Of a stretch of 64,000 nt of DNA, positions 20,003 through 28,605 are shown in pieces. Below the pieces are notes generated by a model. That model saw only the letters and a list, made by a program, of their open reading frames with translations, had not been told where the DNA came from and did not search any database. The number at the start of each line of letters is the position of its first letter. The first letter of the stretch is position 1. Source of the stretch: Candidatus Poribacteria bacterium (GTDB taxonomy: Bacteria > Poribacteria > WGA-4E > PCPOR2b); the NCBI GenBank assembly GCA_965208325.1, contig OZ242326.1:3584001-3648000 (forward strand), in the 5' to 3' direction. A program made the translations under genes and the position numbers.

Positions 20003-21814
20003 TTAAATGTCCCACAACAGCACTGTGCCATCGGTGCTTCCGCTGGCAAGCGTTTTTCCGTCTGGGCTAAATGCTACGCCATTCACTTGGGCCGTATGCC
20101 CGGAGAGCGTCCGGCGAGGTTTTCCCGTGCTGACATCCCATAAACGGACGGTGTTGTCCACACCCCCGCTTGCGATGTTGTGTCCATCGGGACTAAAGGC
20201 TACGCTCTCGACACATCCCTTATTCCCAGAGAGGGTGCGGAGGTGTTCGCCCGTACCAACTTTCCATAAACGGACGGTGAGGTCCCCACTCCCGCTTACG
20301 ATAGTTTGTCCATCGGGACTAAAGGCTACGCTCTCGACACGTTCCTGATGCCCAGAGAGTGTGCGGATTTGCTCGCCCGTGCTAACTTCCCATAGAAGGA
20401 TGGCGCCATCCGAGCTCCCGGTGGCGAGTGACTGTCCATCGGGGCTAAAGGCTACACTAGTGACGTGATTCTTAATCCATGTAAGTGTGTAAAGTTGTCT
20501 ACCTGTATTAACATCCCATATGATGGTTCTGGTTAAATCCCCGGTGGCGAGCATGTGCCCGTTGGGGCCAAACGCTATGTTATAGGCACTAATACAATCT
20601 CCGAGGGTGTGGAGGCGGTTGCCTGTGCTAACGTCCCATAAGATGATGTCTCCCACGCTCCCAGAAGCGAGTATCTGCCCATCTGGACTAAAAGCTACGC
20701 TCTCGACACTAGTCCGATGCCATGAAAGTGTGCGGCTGTGTCTACCCATACCAAACTCCCATAGATGAACTCTTGCGCCGAAATCACCCGTGCCCCCGCT
20801 AGCGAGCGTGTGTCCATCTGGACTAAAGGCGACACTCAGGACACTTTCCTGATGCCCAGAGAGTGTGTGGACGTGTTCGCCCGTGGCAACATTCCAAAAA
20901 CGGACGGTGTTGTCTGAGCTCCCGGTAGCGATAGTGGTTCCATCGGGACTAAAGGTTACGCTATTGACATCATGCGTATGCCCCGAGAGAGTGAAAAGAT
21001 GTTTCCCAGTGCCAACCTCCCATAAATAGATGATACCACGAGGGTAAGTTTGGCCTCCACTTGCCAGCGTGTTTCCATTTGGACTAAAGGCTAGGCTCAC
21101 ACTGTCTCCTGGAGGCCCAGAGAGGGTGTAGAGGTGTACACCGTCAACGCTCCATAAACATATGGAATTGTCCCTGCTTCTGCTAGCGAGCGTGTGTCCA
21201 TCCGGACTGAAAACTATACGTTTCAAATCGGAGGTATGCCCTCCGAGCGTGTGTATGAGTTTGCCCGTGCCAACATTCCATAAACGAACGGCATGGTCCC
21301 TCCATCCACCTGCGCTGGCGAGTGTTTCTCCACTGGGACTAAATGATATACTGACGACACCACCCGTATGCCCCGAGAGGGTACGGACGTGTCCGCCTGA
21401 GCCAACATCCCATATACGGATGGTACCGTCATGGCTTCCGCTAGCGATGATATTTCCGTCCAGACTAAAGGCTACGGTATTGACAATATCCGTATGTCCT
21501 GTGAGTGCACGGAAATGCCTACCCGTGTTGACATCCCAAAGACGGATACTTTCGTCCCAATTCCCGGTAGCGATTGTATTTCCATCCGGACTAAACGATA
21601 CGCTCAGGACATCACTCGTCGAATGCCTTGCGAGGAGAGCGAGCTCTTGACGGGTTTCAACATGATAAAGCCAAACGCCGATAGAGGTCGCGACCGCCAG
21701 ACGTGTATCGTCAGGAGAATACTGTATTTCCCTTATTATGCCTTTGCCCAAGCGGAGTTTTGCACTTTCGGGTAAACTGAATTGCGTATAGTCTAGTTCA
21801 AGCGGGTTATCCAC
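20003..21814 (-). CDS. WD40-repeat protein (about 13 repeats)
   Basis: Repeated GH...V.SVAFSPDG.TLASGS.D.TVRLWDV units; N-terminal YTQFSLPESAKLRLGKG. Confidence 0.95.
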   Translation of the reverse strand: MDNPLELDYTQFSLPESAKLRLGKGIIREIQYSPDDTRLAVATSIGVWLYHVETRQELALLARHSTSDVLSVSFSPDGNTIATGNWDESIRLWDVNTGRHFRALTGHTDIVNTVAFSLDGNIIASGSHDGTIRIWDVGSGGHVRTLSGHTGGVVSISFSPSGETLASAGGWRDHAVRLWNVGTGKLIHTLGGHTSDLKRIVFSPDGHTLASRSRDNSICLWSVDGVHLYTLSGPPGDSVSLAFSPNGNTLASGGQTYPRGIIYLWEVGTGKHLFTLSGHTHDVNSVTFSPDGTTIATGSSDNTVRFWNVATGEHVHTLSGHQESVLSVAFSPDGHTLASGGTGDFGARVHLWEFGMGRHSRTLSWHRTSVESVAFSPDGQILASGSVGDIILWDVSTGNRLHTLGDCISAYNIAFGPNGHMLATGDLTRTIIWDVNTGRQLYTLTWIKNHVTSVAFSPDGQSLATGSSDGAILLWEVSTGEQIRTLSGHQERVESVAFSPDGQTIVSGSGDLTVRLWKVGTGEHLRTLSGNKGCVESVAFSPDGHNIASGGVDNTVRLWDVSTGKPRRTLSGHTAQVNGVAFSPDGKTLASGSTDGTVLLWDI

Positions 21815-21905
21815 GAGGTGAACTCTATTCTATCGCCTAATAAGTGGGCGGGTTAAAGATTTTGAGAAATTTTTACGCGGGACAGATTTGCAATGCGTCC
21901 AATAA

Positions 21906-22544
21906 TCATCGCGGTAGTGAGCCATATTTGGCAAACTCATTTGCCACCACCTCTGCAAGCTGCCGCACAATCTGTTCTGCATCATCAATGTCAGCTCTGG
22001 AATAAGAGGTTTCAACAAGGTTACTTGAATCAAGTTCTTGAATGCCGACCGCAAATTTATTTTCTGAACGGTGATAAAAGCGAGCCAATCCTCTTTGTAT
22101 CAGTGGCATACGCAACTCCTCTTCCCAACGAAGTGAAATTTCATCAAGGAGAATCGCACGGTATCCTTGGGGGGTCATATCAACTCGTAAGATAAATCCC
22201 CCCAAACTTAAATCATGACCTAAGTTGAATCGAAGACGAACGCGGGAGTCGATAGTCGTAATCTTTTCATTTTGGAACCAATTTATGTAAGCATCAAAAC
22301 GCGCTAGGGAGTTTTGAATCCTAGGTTTATTATTTAGTCTATAACTTTGAAACAACTTCTTGGTATACTCCCTAGCTTCTTGTAAATTCCCATCTCGGTG
22401 AAAGCGACAAATTCCTTCGCGGAGACAATGGTTGTAACTTGTTCCACGAAAAGTTGTATTAACTTGTTTTGAAACCCATTGGGACGGATTTCGCTGGCAT
22501 TGGGCAAGTTGACTGTGGCTGATTTTACTATGAGCGATTCTCAT
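21906..22544 (-). CDS. Hypothetical protein, possible degenerate PD-(D/E)XK (RecB/Cas4-like) fold
   Basis: ISHSQLAQCQRNPSQW resembles the N-terminal S.S.L...CP motif; LGGFILRVD resembles G.IDR.D. ATGA overlap with the queC-like gene. Confidence 0.6.
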   Translation of the reverse strand: MRIAHSKISHSQLAQCQRNPSQWVSKQVNTTFRGTSYNHCLREGICRFHRDGNLQEAREYTKKLFQSYRLNNKPRIQNSLARFDAYINWFQNEKITTIDSRVRLRFNLGHDLSLGGFILRVDMTPQGYRAILLDEISLRWEEELRMPLIQRGLARFYHRSENKFAVGIQELDSSNLVETSYSRADIDDAEQIVRQLAEVVANEFAKYGSLPR

Positions 22545-23842
22545 GACAGAAACGGGGTTAGGGCGGCATACCGACTGAGTACGGTCCGTGCTTCCCGTGA
22601 AAATCGTCTATACATTTCAATAACTTTATCAGCGTTAAGATTAAGCGAGTATAGTTCAGGCCACTCACTCATAATGTCTTCAGCTGACGATTCCTCGATT
22701 TTTACGACGAATTCCGTCAAATCGACGATGTTCCGCCGACCTATGTCCTCAGGGTCTATTTGACTGATTTTCTCTTCCCAACAATTTCTACCATATGCTG
22801 TCGAATCTTCAAAAATTAGGAATTCAACAGCGATACGCCGAATAAAGCATGGAATACATGCGCCGCAATGTGTGATACCAGCAGGAAGACGAGAATTACG
22901 CCAACAACTGTTTGTTATCGGAATTATGTCGGGAAAGAGGTTTATGACCTTCTTGACAACTTCTGCTTTCGTCAAATGAACATACGGATTTAAAATTTGG
23001 AACGGCGCATCGAGTGCTTCCGCCAAAAAGACCTCCATACCGACTAAAATGTCTGGATGGGCTGTATGTGTGGAGAATGCTCCAATTCGACCTTGCGTCA
23101 ACGGTAGATGAATAGCCATCTGTCCATTCTCCGCGAGATAGACTATTTCGACTTGCCCCGTTCGGCGCGCTACAAGCGCACCGAGCACAAGAAAGAGAAA
23201 CGAGCGTGTTCGTTGACTACTTTCTACGTCATGGTCCAATTGGCTTGGTCCGCCGTCCCGCGAAGAAACGAAAAATCGGTAGTGCGGGAGATTCAATCCA
23301 CGATTTTTTAGTTCTGCAGCTAAATTTATCTGTGCCTGCGCTGTTGCCCGATTTCGTGTTATGTGGCTTACGAGTTGTAGCGTTTTCTCCTTTTGGCCAA
23401 ACTCGATGGCGGCAGCAAGCGAGTCCAATCCTCCGGAAAAGAGAAGTGTTCGCCCGCCTCCTTGAGTAACCTGTATATTCTTTTCGGGATCGCCAGATAC
23501 TTGTCTCAAATTAACCCTCCAGGCGTCATTTGAGAGATTTCGGAGAATCTCTTCGATTCTCGAAGTGATTGGCTGTAAGCGAATAGAATTGACAACCGGT
23601 ATCTGTAGTTCAATTCGTCTGGAAATGTCCTCTCGGACACCACGGGCCGTGGCTCGGTCTGCCGCAAAGATGGACGCACCAATCAGCAACAAATCCGATT
23701 CCAAACTCGTCAACGATCCAAATACTTTCTCAAAACGATCTTCTCCTGTAGACAGGTTCTTTCCCACTTCAAGTATGTGATCGCATTTTCCATCCTCATT
23801 GCCTCCTCGACGGACAAAATATGAAATCATTGCGTACTCCAC
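22541..23842 (-). CDS. qatC: QatC-like (QueC/7-cyano-7-deazaguanine synthase family) PP-loop ATPase
   Basis: LLFSGGLDS PP-loop; QRTRSFLF; ENG...PL...R.GA.ST.T.HP; NPY...TKAEVV; SCW...HCGACIPCFIRR Zn site; N-terminal IFAADR...RRIELQIPV extension typical of QatC rather than housekeeping QueC. Confidence 0.85.
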   Translation of the reverse strand: MEYAMISYFVRRGGNEDGKCDHILEVGKNLSTGEDRFEKVFGSLTSLESDLLLIGASIFAADRATARGVREDISRRIELQIPVVNSIRLQPITSRIEEILRNLSNDAWRVNLRQVSGDPEKNIQVTQGGGRTLLFSGGLDSLAAAIEFGQKEKTLQLVSHITRNRATAQAQINLAAELKNRGLNLPHYRFFVSSRDGGPSQLDHDVESSQRTRSFLFLVLGALVARRTGQVEIVYLAENGQMAIHLPLTQGRIGAFSTHTAHPDILVGMEVFLAEALDAPFQILNPYVHLTKAEVVKKVINLFPDIIPITNSCWRNSRLPAGITHCGACIPCFIRRIAVEFLIFEDSTAYGRNCWEEKISQIDPEDIGRRNIVDLTEFVVKIEESSAEDIMSEWPELYSLNLNADKVIEMYRRFSREARTVLSRYAALTPFLS

Positions 23843-24399
23843 TCTCCGCTAAGGGATGCAATCACGGCAGAAATATAATTCCGCCATCCTCGTGGATTGG
23901 CGGTTATGGGGGCTACGGCTCTTGCGGCATCGCGTGCGATGTTACGCAGATTTTCTTTGAGAGCGATCGAATCGGTTGTTGTTTGAATACGCCCCGAAGC
24001 CCCGACGAAGGAAGGTAAATCGCGGGAAGCATAGTATGATATAGCTTCAGCAAAAAGTTCTGCAGCAAACCCAACGGAACCGCTTTCGGTTGCTGATGCA
24101 CGTGCCAACGCTCGTTTGGCCATATCAAAAGTGAGACCTACTGCGTACTGTTCATTCAATGAATGGTTAAATGATTGAACAGCGTTTGCGGGCGGTAACC
24201 TCTGCTCGGCAATTTCACACGCCGACGCTATTAATGGATTCGCCAACTCTTCAATCAATCGTCCATCTCGATCCATAACGGCCGATCGCCAGAGTTCCTC
24301 GCTCTGTCGCTCGACAGGCCAGTTCAAGTCGCCTAATACAGCTAGCACTGGTCGCCAGTTGGGTGTATTCGGGGATGATTGATTGCTCGATGTTCCCAC
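23827..24399 (-). CDS. QatB-like helical protein (N-terminus MGTSS)
   Basis: GTG start, MGTSSNQSSPNTPNW, all-helical body, overlaps the qatC-like gene by 16 bp. The assignment rests on the N-terminal motif and gene position. Confidence 0.65.
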   Translation of the reverse strand: MGTSSNQSSPNTPNWRPVLAVLGDLNWPVERQSEELWRSAVMDRDGRLIEELANPLIASACEIAEQRLPPANAVQSFNHSLNEQYAVGLTFDMAKRALARASATESGSVGFAAELFAEAISYYASRDLPSFVGASGRIQTTTDSIALKENLRNIARDAARAVAPITANPRGWRNYISAVIASLSGEWSTQ

Positions 24400-24401
24400 G
24401 A

Positions 24402-25331
24402 CTAAACTCCGTTTTTTATACGTTCATCATCAACAGCCTGCAATTCTTTCTCAATGACGCTGAAATGAATACGTCCGCCCTTAAAAACTTGATTCCACCG
24501 GATACCATTACGAACGTCTGGTTTCCGTCTGAAAAGATTGACAGTTGCCGCAAGAACATTGGCATCAATAAAAGATAAGGGCACTTTGGCTTCAGCGCTA
24601 AATTCCAGACACAGTTCTAATAATCGAGCATCGTCCTGTTTAAATTCGGAAGAAGAGACAAGTGCCCCGTACAATTCCACATGACCACGCTGCCTGACGC
24701 GTTGCTGTTCAACATATTCAGCGAGCGGGCGTAACTTCGACCATACGACGTTAAAGCCGTCAGCAGATGCTTTTGTATCAACGACGAGGATCTGGCTTGT
24801 AGGTATTTGAGCCAGCATATCGCTGACACGACGACCACTTAAACGACCACCCAATCTTCTAACACGGCGTCCGAAAATAAATTCTAATCCGGAACAGACC
24901 AAATCCTCAAAAATTAACCACGCTTCGCCTTGTGTTTCACCAGCGGGCAACTGGTTCTTTGCGGCGGTTATCAAAGCTTGCTCGTACTCCGGGCTGAGCG
25001 CATGCCACGATGGAACCGCCCCACCAAGTGCTTCAGTAAAGTCTTCCCACGAAATTGTCTTTTCACTTGGTATGGGAGATACAATAACTGGGGTACGATT
25101 TTGATTTTGAGCGGAATGGTAAATGTCATCGATCTCCGGCTCAGACAGTTCATCAAGATCGGTGACAGCAATCAGGTATGGGATGCTCGCCCCAAGAATA
25201 TCTGTTCGTTTACATCGAATTTCGATATGACGAGGTTGCCTATGGCTACCCTCTATAGAATAGCCGGCAACGATTAGTGTCCGAGTAGCGGTTTGCGTTT
25301 GGGGGAAAGTTAAGTGACCGTCGTCCACCAT
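24402..25331 (-). CDS. Two-domain protein with C-terminal FokI/Mrr-like restriction-endonuclease domain
   Basis: FEDLV...LGG...SD...LVVDTKAS..GFN...EYVEQ...VSSSEFK. Likely start MVDDGH with AGGA RBS (ORF track starts at 25391). Confidence 0.7.
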   Translation of the reverse strand: MVDDGHLTFPQTQTATRTLIVAGYSIEGSHRQPRHIEIRCKRTDILGASIPYLIAVTDLDELSEPEIDDIYHSAQNQNRTPVIVSPIPSEKTISWEDFTEALGGAVPSWHALSPEYEQALITAAKNQLPAGETQGEAWLIFEDLVCSGLEFIFGRRVRRLGGRLSGRRVSDMLAQIPTSQILVVDTKASADGFNVVWSKLRPLAEYVEQQRVRQRGHVELYGALVSSSEFKQDDARLLELCLEFSAEAKVPLSFIDANVLAATVNLFRRKPDVRNGIRWNQVFKGGRIHFSVIEKELQAVDDERIKNGV

Positions 25332-25570
25332 TTTATTCCTGCTTGATCGAATTATCCCTTTATTGCTAAGATTCGATTCCATTTGCAACACTCAATTTGA
25401 GACGTATTCATTACAGAGCCATTCAGAAAATCTGCTAGTTAGAGAAAGATTAGTGTTGGCAGCTTTCAGTTGGGTTTTTATCGCCATTGCTATTCGCTCG
25501 CTTAATTCGTTGGTAAGGGGGAGGATATACCGAACAGATTCAGAATTTGGAGCAGAGTTCATTTATTCTT

Positions 25571-26686
25571 TTATTGCGACCTGCCTCTGGCGGTGATTTC
25601 CCAGATGGATTCGACGGTGTCGTTTCGGAGGGCGTAGTAGCGGTTGTGGAGGTTTACGGTGGTGCAGCAGTGGGTGGGCACGATTTCGATTTTGTCGCCG
25701 GGTTGGAGATTAACGTCGCCTTGCGCGGTCATTTTGCCGTGTTCTTCAGAAAGCCCAGTCATCTCCAAGCCTGCAATCCCTGCGGGCTGCGGGATTCCGA
25801 ATTCTTTAGCCAGGACTTTCAGCCCAGCATCGACTATGACCCGCGACGGATTCGGACGACTCACGACAGCGGTCATTACCGTCAATGAACTGGCGAAGCG
25901 ATCGCCAATCCCTTCGACATCACCGTAAGTCGAATCCATGAAGATATAGGATCCCGCTTGGATTTCGGTCATTTCGGGGTGTGTGCCGGTAATTGCATAA
26001 GTGCCTGTGCCTCCGCCGCTCATAATCTTGACCGGTACGCCGTTACGTTCGAGTACGTCTTTGGTCTCAACGAGCAGCTCGACGGATTCGTCCGTCTGTT
26101 TTTTCCGTTCAGCGAATGACGGTATGGCGACGGTATGCCCCTCATAACCCATCAACCCTTCAAATTGAAGCCCAGTGGATTTCAGGACGAGACGCGCCAA
26201 GTCGAGCGTGGGTTTCCCGGGTTCCGTGCCGCAGCGGTTCATACCGGTATCGACTTCGATAAGTATTCGCAGCGTTACGCCTTTTGCTTCCGCGGCAGCC
26301 GAAAGTTGAGCGACGTTATGCGGGTCGTCGACAGCGACCATAATTTCCGAGTGACCGGCAAGGTTGACCAGACGGGCAATCTTCGCCGCACCAATAATCT
26401 GATTAGCGATGAGCACATCGCGGATGCCTGCGTGGACCAAGGCTTCAGCTTCACCGAGTTTGGCGCAGGTTATACCGATCGCGCCCGCTTCGATCTGTTT
26501 GTGTGCGATGATTGGGGTCTTGTGCGTTTTTGCGTGTGGGCGGAGATCTGCATTGACAGATTTGAAGAAGTCCGCCATCTTCCGGATATTCGCCTCCATA
26601 ATGTCCAAATCAATTAGCAGCGCCGGGGTGTCAATTTCCGATTTGGGGGCGCCAATGAGTGTATCGAGATGCGGTGACGACATCAA
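25571..26686 (-). CDS. DSD1-family PLP-dependent enzyme (D-threonine aldolase/D-serine dehydratase-like)
   Basis: TPALLIDL, RPHAKTHK, GLMGYEGH, SGGGTGT, SEEHG and PTHCCTTVNLH. Confidence 0.9.
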   Translation of the reverse strand: MMSSPHLDTLIGAPKSEIDTPALLIDLDIMEANIRKMADFFKSVNADLRPHAKTHKTPIIAHKQIEAGAIGITCAKLGEAEALVHAGIRDVLIANQIIGAAKIARLVNLAGHSEIMVAVDDPHNVAQLSAAAEAKGVTLRILIEVDTGMNRCGTEPGKPTLDLARLVLKSTGLQFEGLMGYEGHTVAIPSFAERKKQTDESVELLVETKDVLERNGVPVKIMSGGGTGTYAITGTHPEMTEIQAGSYIFMDSTYGDVEGIGDRFASSLTVMTAVVSRPNPSRVIVDAGLKVLAKEFGIPQPAGIAGLEMTGLSEEHGKMTAQGDVNLQPGDKIEIVPTHCCTTVNLHNRYYALRNDTVESIWEITARGRSQ

Positions 26687-26695
26687 TTCGTCTCC

Positions 26696-27703
26696 TTAGA
26701 GCTGTTTAACGGGATTGGAGAGTACGCCGAGTTCATCGACTTCGATTTGAACGACATCGCCGGGCGCCAACGGCAACTCATTCGGGACGATGATGCCGGT
26801 GCCGGTAGAGACTACGGTGCCGATAGGGATGGGGTTGTCTCGGCAGAGAAATTCGGTTAGTTCTTCAAACTTCCATTTGATTTGAGACGTGTTCACGTCG
26901 CCCTCGTAGAGCAACTCGCCGCCGCGGATAATGGTGCATTTGATATTCAGATTGTAAGGGTCGTCGATTTCGGACGGTGTGACGAACATGGGACCCAGCG
27001 CGCAGCAACCGTAGAATACCTTCGATGGAGGCAGGTAAAGCGGATTTTCACGTTCGATGTCCCAAGCGGAGACATCGTTACAGATTGTATATCCGACGAT
27101 TTCTCCGTCCGCGCCAAGGATATAAGCCAATTCAGGCTCAGTTGCGGTGAGTTTAGAGTCGCTCCGAATACCGATAAAGTCGTTGGGGCCGGCGCATCGG
27201 GACTTCGTTCCTTTGAAGAAGATTTCCGGGCGGTTTGAGTGATAGACGCGGCTGTAAATGTCCTGTTCACTGTCATCATCGCGCATTTCGGCGCTGCGTT
27301 TGTAGGTCACACCGCAACCCCACACCTCTGGCGGATCAATCGGCAGCAAGAGGTGAGGCACGTTCAAATCCGGCGTGGTGTTGAGATCTGATAGTTTGAG
27401 CGAATCTTTATCGCGGCTAGCCTGGTTAGGAAGAACGGCTTCGGTTGAGCCGCTAGCAAAATGATCTTGAATATCTGCCAGCAGAACGCCCATGCTGACT
27501 CCCTCTTTGTAGGAGAGTTTAATCAGTTCAAGGACATCCGGCGCTTCGCCGCTGGTAACATCAATAATTACTTCGTCGGGCTCTAACCGACGCGTCATCA
27601 AGCCGCGATCGCCGTCGCTGGCGATGTCGGTAGCCAAGTCGCCTCGCGTTACGATGCCGACGCGTTTGCCAAGGCCAGGTTGATAGAATTGTATCAGTTT
27701 CAT
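26696..27703 (-). CDS. Fumarylacetoacetate-hydrolase family protein, 2-keto-3-deoxypentonate dehydratase (XylX/KdaD)-like
   Basis: EVWGCGVTYKRS, IYSRVY...RPEIFFK, EPEL, NDVSAWDIERENPLYL and TGTGIIVP. Confidence 0.85.
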   Translation of the reverse strand: MKLIQFYQPGLGKRVGIVTRGDLATDIASDGDRGLMTRRLEPDEVIIDVTSGEAPDVLELIKLSYKEGVSMGVLLADIQDHFASGSTEAVLPNQASRDKDSLKLSDLNTTPDLNVPHLLLPIDPPEVWGCGVTYKRSAEMRDDDSEQDIYSRVYHSNRPEIFFKGTKSRCAGPNDFIGIRSDSKLTATEPELAYILGADGEIVGYTICNDVSAWDIERENPLYLPPSKVFYGCCALGPMFVTPSEIDDPYNLNIKCTIIRGGELLYEGDVNTSQIKWKFEELTEFLCRDNPIPIGTVVSTGTGIIVPNELPLAPGDVVQIEVDELGVLSNPVKQL

Positions 27704-27806
27704 CTTTTTCCTTAAGATTATGAGGAATTACGCAAATTGAACAGAGTTCGCTCAGTCGATACTATACGGTCGCTTGATTCCACCAAATCCCTTACTCCAG
27801 CATTGC

Positions 27807-27896
27807 GCGGGGCAAGATGCCCCGCCTACAGGGCGTGCTGGCGCGTGCGGGGCAAGATGCCCCGCCTACAAGGCGTGGTGGCACACGCGGGGCAAG
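27807..27896 (-). repeat. Tandem GTAG-REP cluster, 40-bp period
   Basis: GCGGGGCAAGATGCCCCGCCTACA at 27807 and 27847, with a partial third copy at 27887. Confidence 0.8.
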
Positions 27897-27927
27897 GAAG
27901 ATCTCTATCGCACGCGCACGGGATTTA

Positions 27928-27956
27928 CTATCGCCTTCGCTATTCGCTCAGTTGAT
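27928..27956 (-). repeat. Dispersed ~32-bp repeat family copy
   Basis: Reverse strand ATCAACTGAGCGAATAGCGAAGGCGATAG. Confidence 0.75.
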
Positions 27957-27997
27957 TCCCCATCTGGGGCTGTGTGAAATGAATTTCCAAATAGGTT

Positions 27998-28450
27998 CTA
28001 TCGTGTTGTTGCCGATTGTGCCAGTGTCTCAACGCCTTTAAAGAATTTGCCGATTGTCATTTTGGCTGCCCCAGTGATGATTCTTTGACCGACGCGGGCA
28101 AGTTTTCCGCCGACATTCAATTTTCCATCAAGTGCGACTCCGGTCTGATTTTGTTCGGTTTCCTTCAGTGTAAAATCGCAGAAGCCATTGATGAATCCAA
28201 TCTTGCTGGCGCCTTCGACGACGAGCCGGTATGCTAACACCGGTTGTTTGTTTTCCATCTTCACAATGCCGGTATACACGCCTTTGATTCCAGCAACGCC
28301 GACATTTAGTACCGCTTCGTAAGCGTCATCGCCAATCGATTTGAGTCCTTCACATCCTGGGATACACTGCTGCAGGTACTCAGGATGTGTAAGATACTCC
28401 CAAACTCTTGCAGGAGCCGCAGAAACTGTGTATTCGCCTTTGATTTTCAT
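27998..28450 (-). CDS. coxG: CoxG (SRPBCC family)
   Basis: VWEYL..P..L..CIPGCE and VGGKLARVGQRII; cox operon context. Confidence 0.88.
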   Translation of the reverse strand: MKIKGEYTVSAAPARVWEYLTHPEYLQQCIPGCEGLKSIGDDAYEAVLNVGVAGIKGVYTGIVKMENKQPVLAYRLVVEGASKIGFINGFCDFTLKETEQNQTGVALDGKLNVGGKLARVGQRIITGAAKMTIGKFFKGVETLAQSATTR

Positions 28451-28605
28451 GGTTACATTGCCTCAACCGGCACTGCAACTGATACCGGTATTGGCACCGG
28501 TTCATCCAATATCGCTAGATTGTATCTATCTTGGCGGGGAACTGCTAGTGCTTTCTCATACTGCTAAAGTTATCGGCTTCACTGGTGGATAGTGCAGTAC
28601 AAATA

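Noticed and set aside
20007..21775. Repetitive plus-strand ORFs and DNA repeats within the WD40 gene (possible DGR template/variable repeats)
   Set aside because: Explained by the WD40 coding repeats; no reverse transcriptase and no adenine-specific mismatch pattern was seen.
22541..23842. Housekeeping queC for tRNA queuosine, or a dpd DNA-modification cluster
   Set aside because: Too long, with a QatC-type N-terminal domain; no queD, queE, folE or tgt/dpdA nearby.
27807..27896. Possible mini-CRISPR (24-bp palindromic repeat)
   Set aside because: Spacers are only 16 bp and similar to each other, there are only about 2.5 units, it has a GTAG foot and no cas genes are present. It is a REP cluster.
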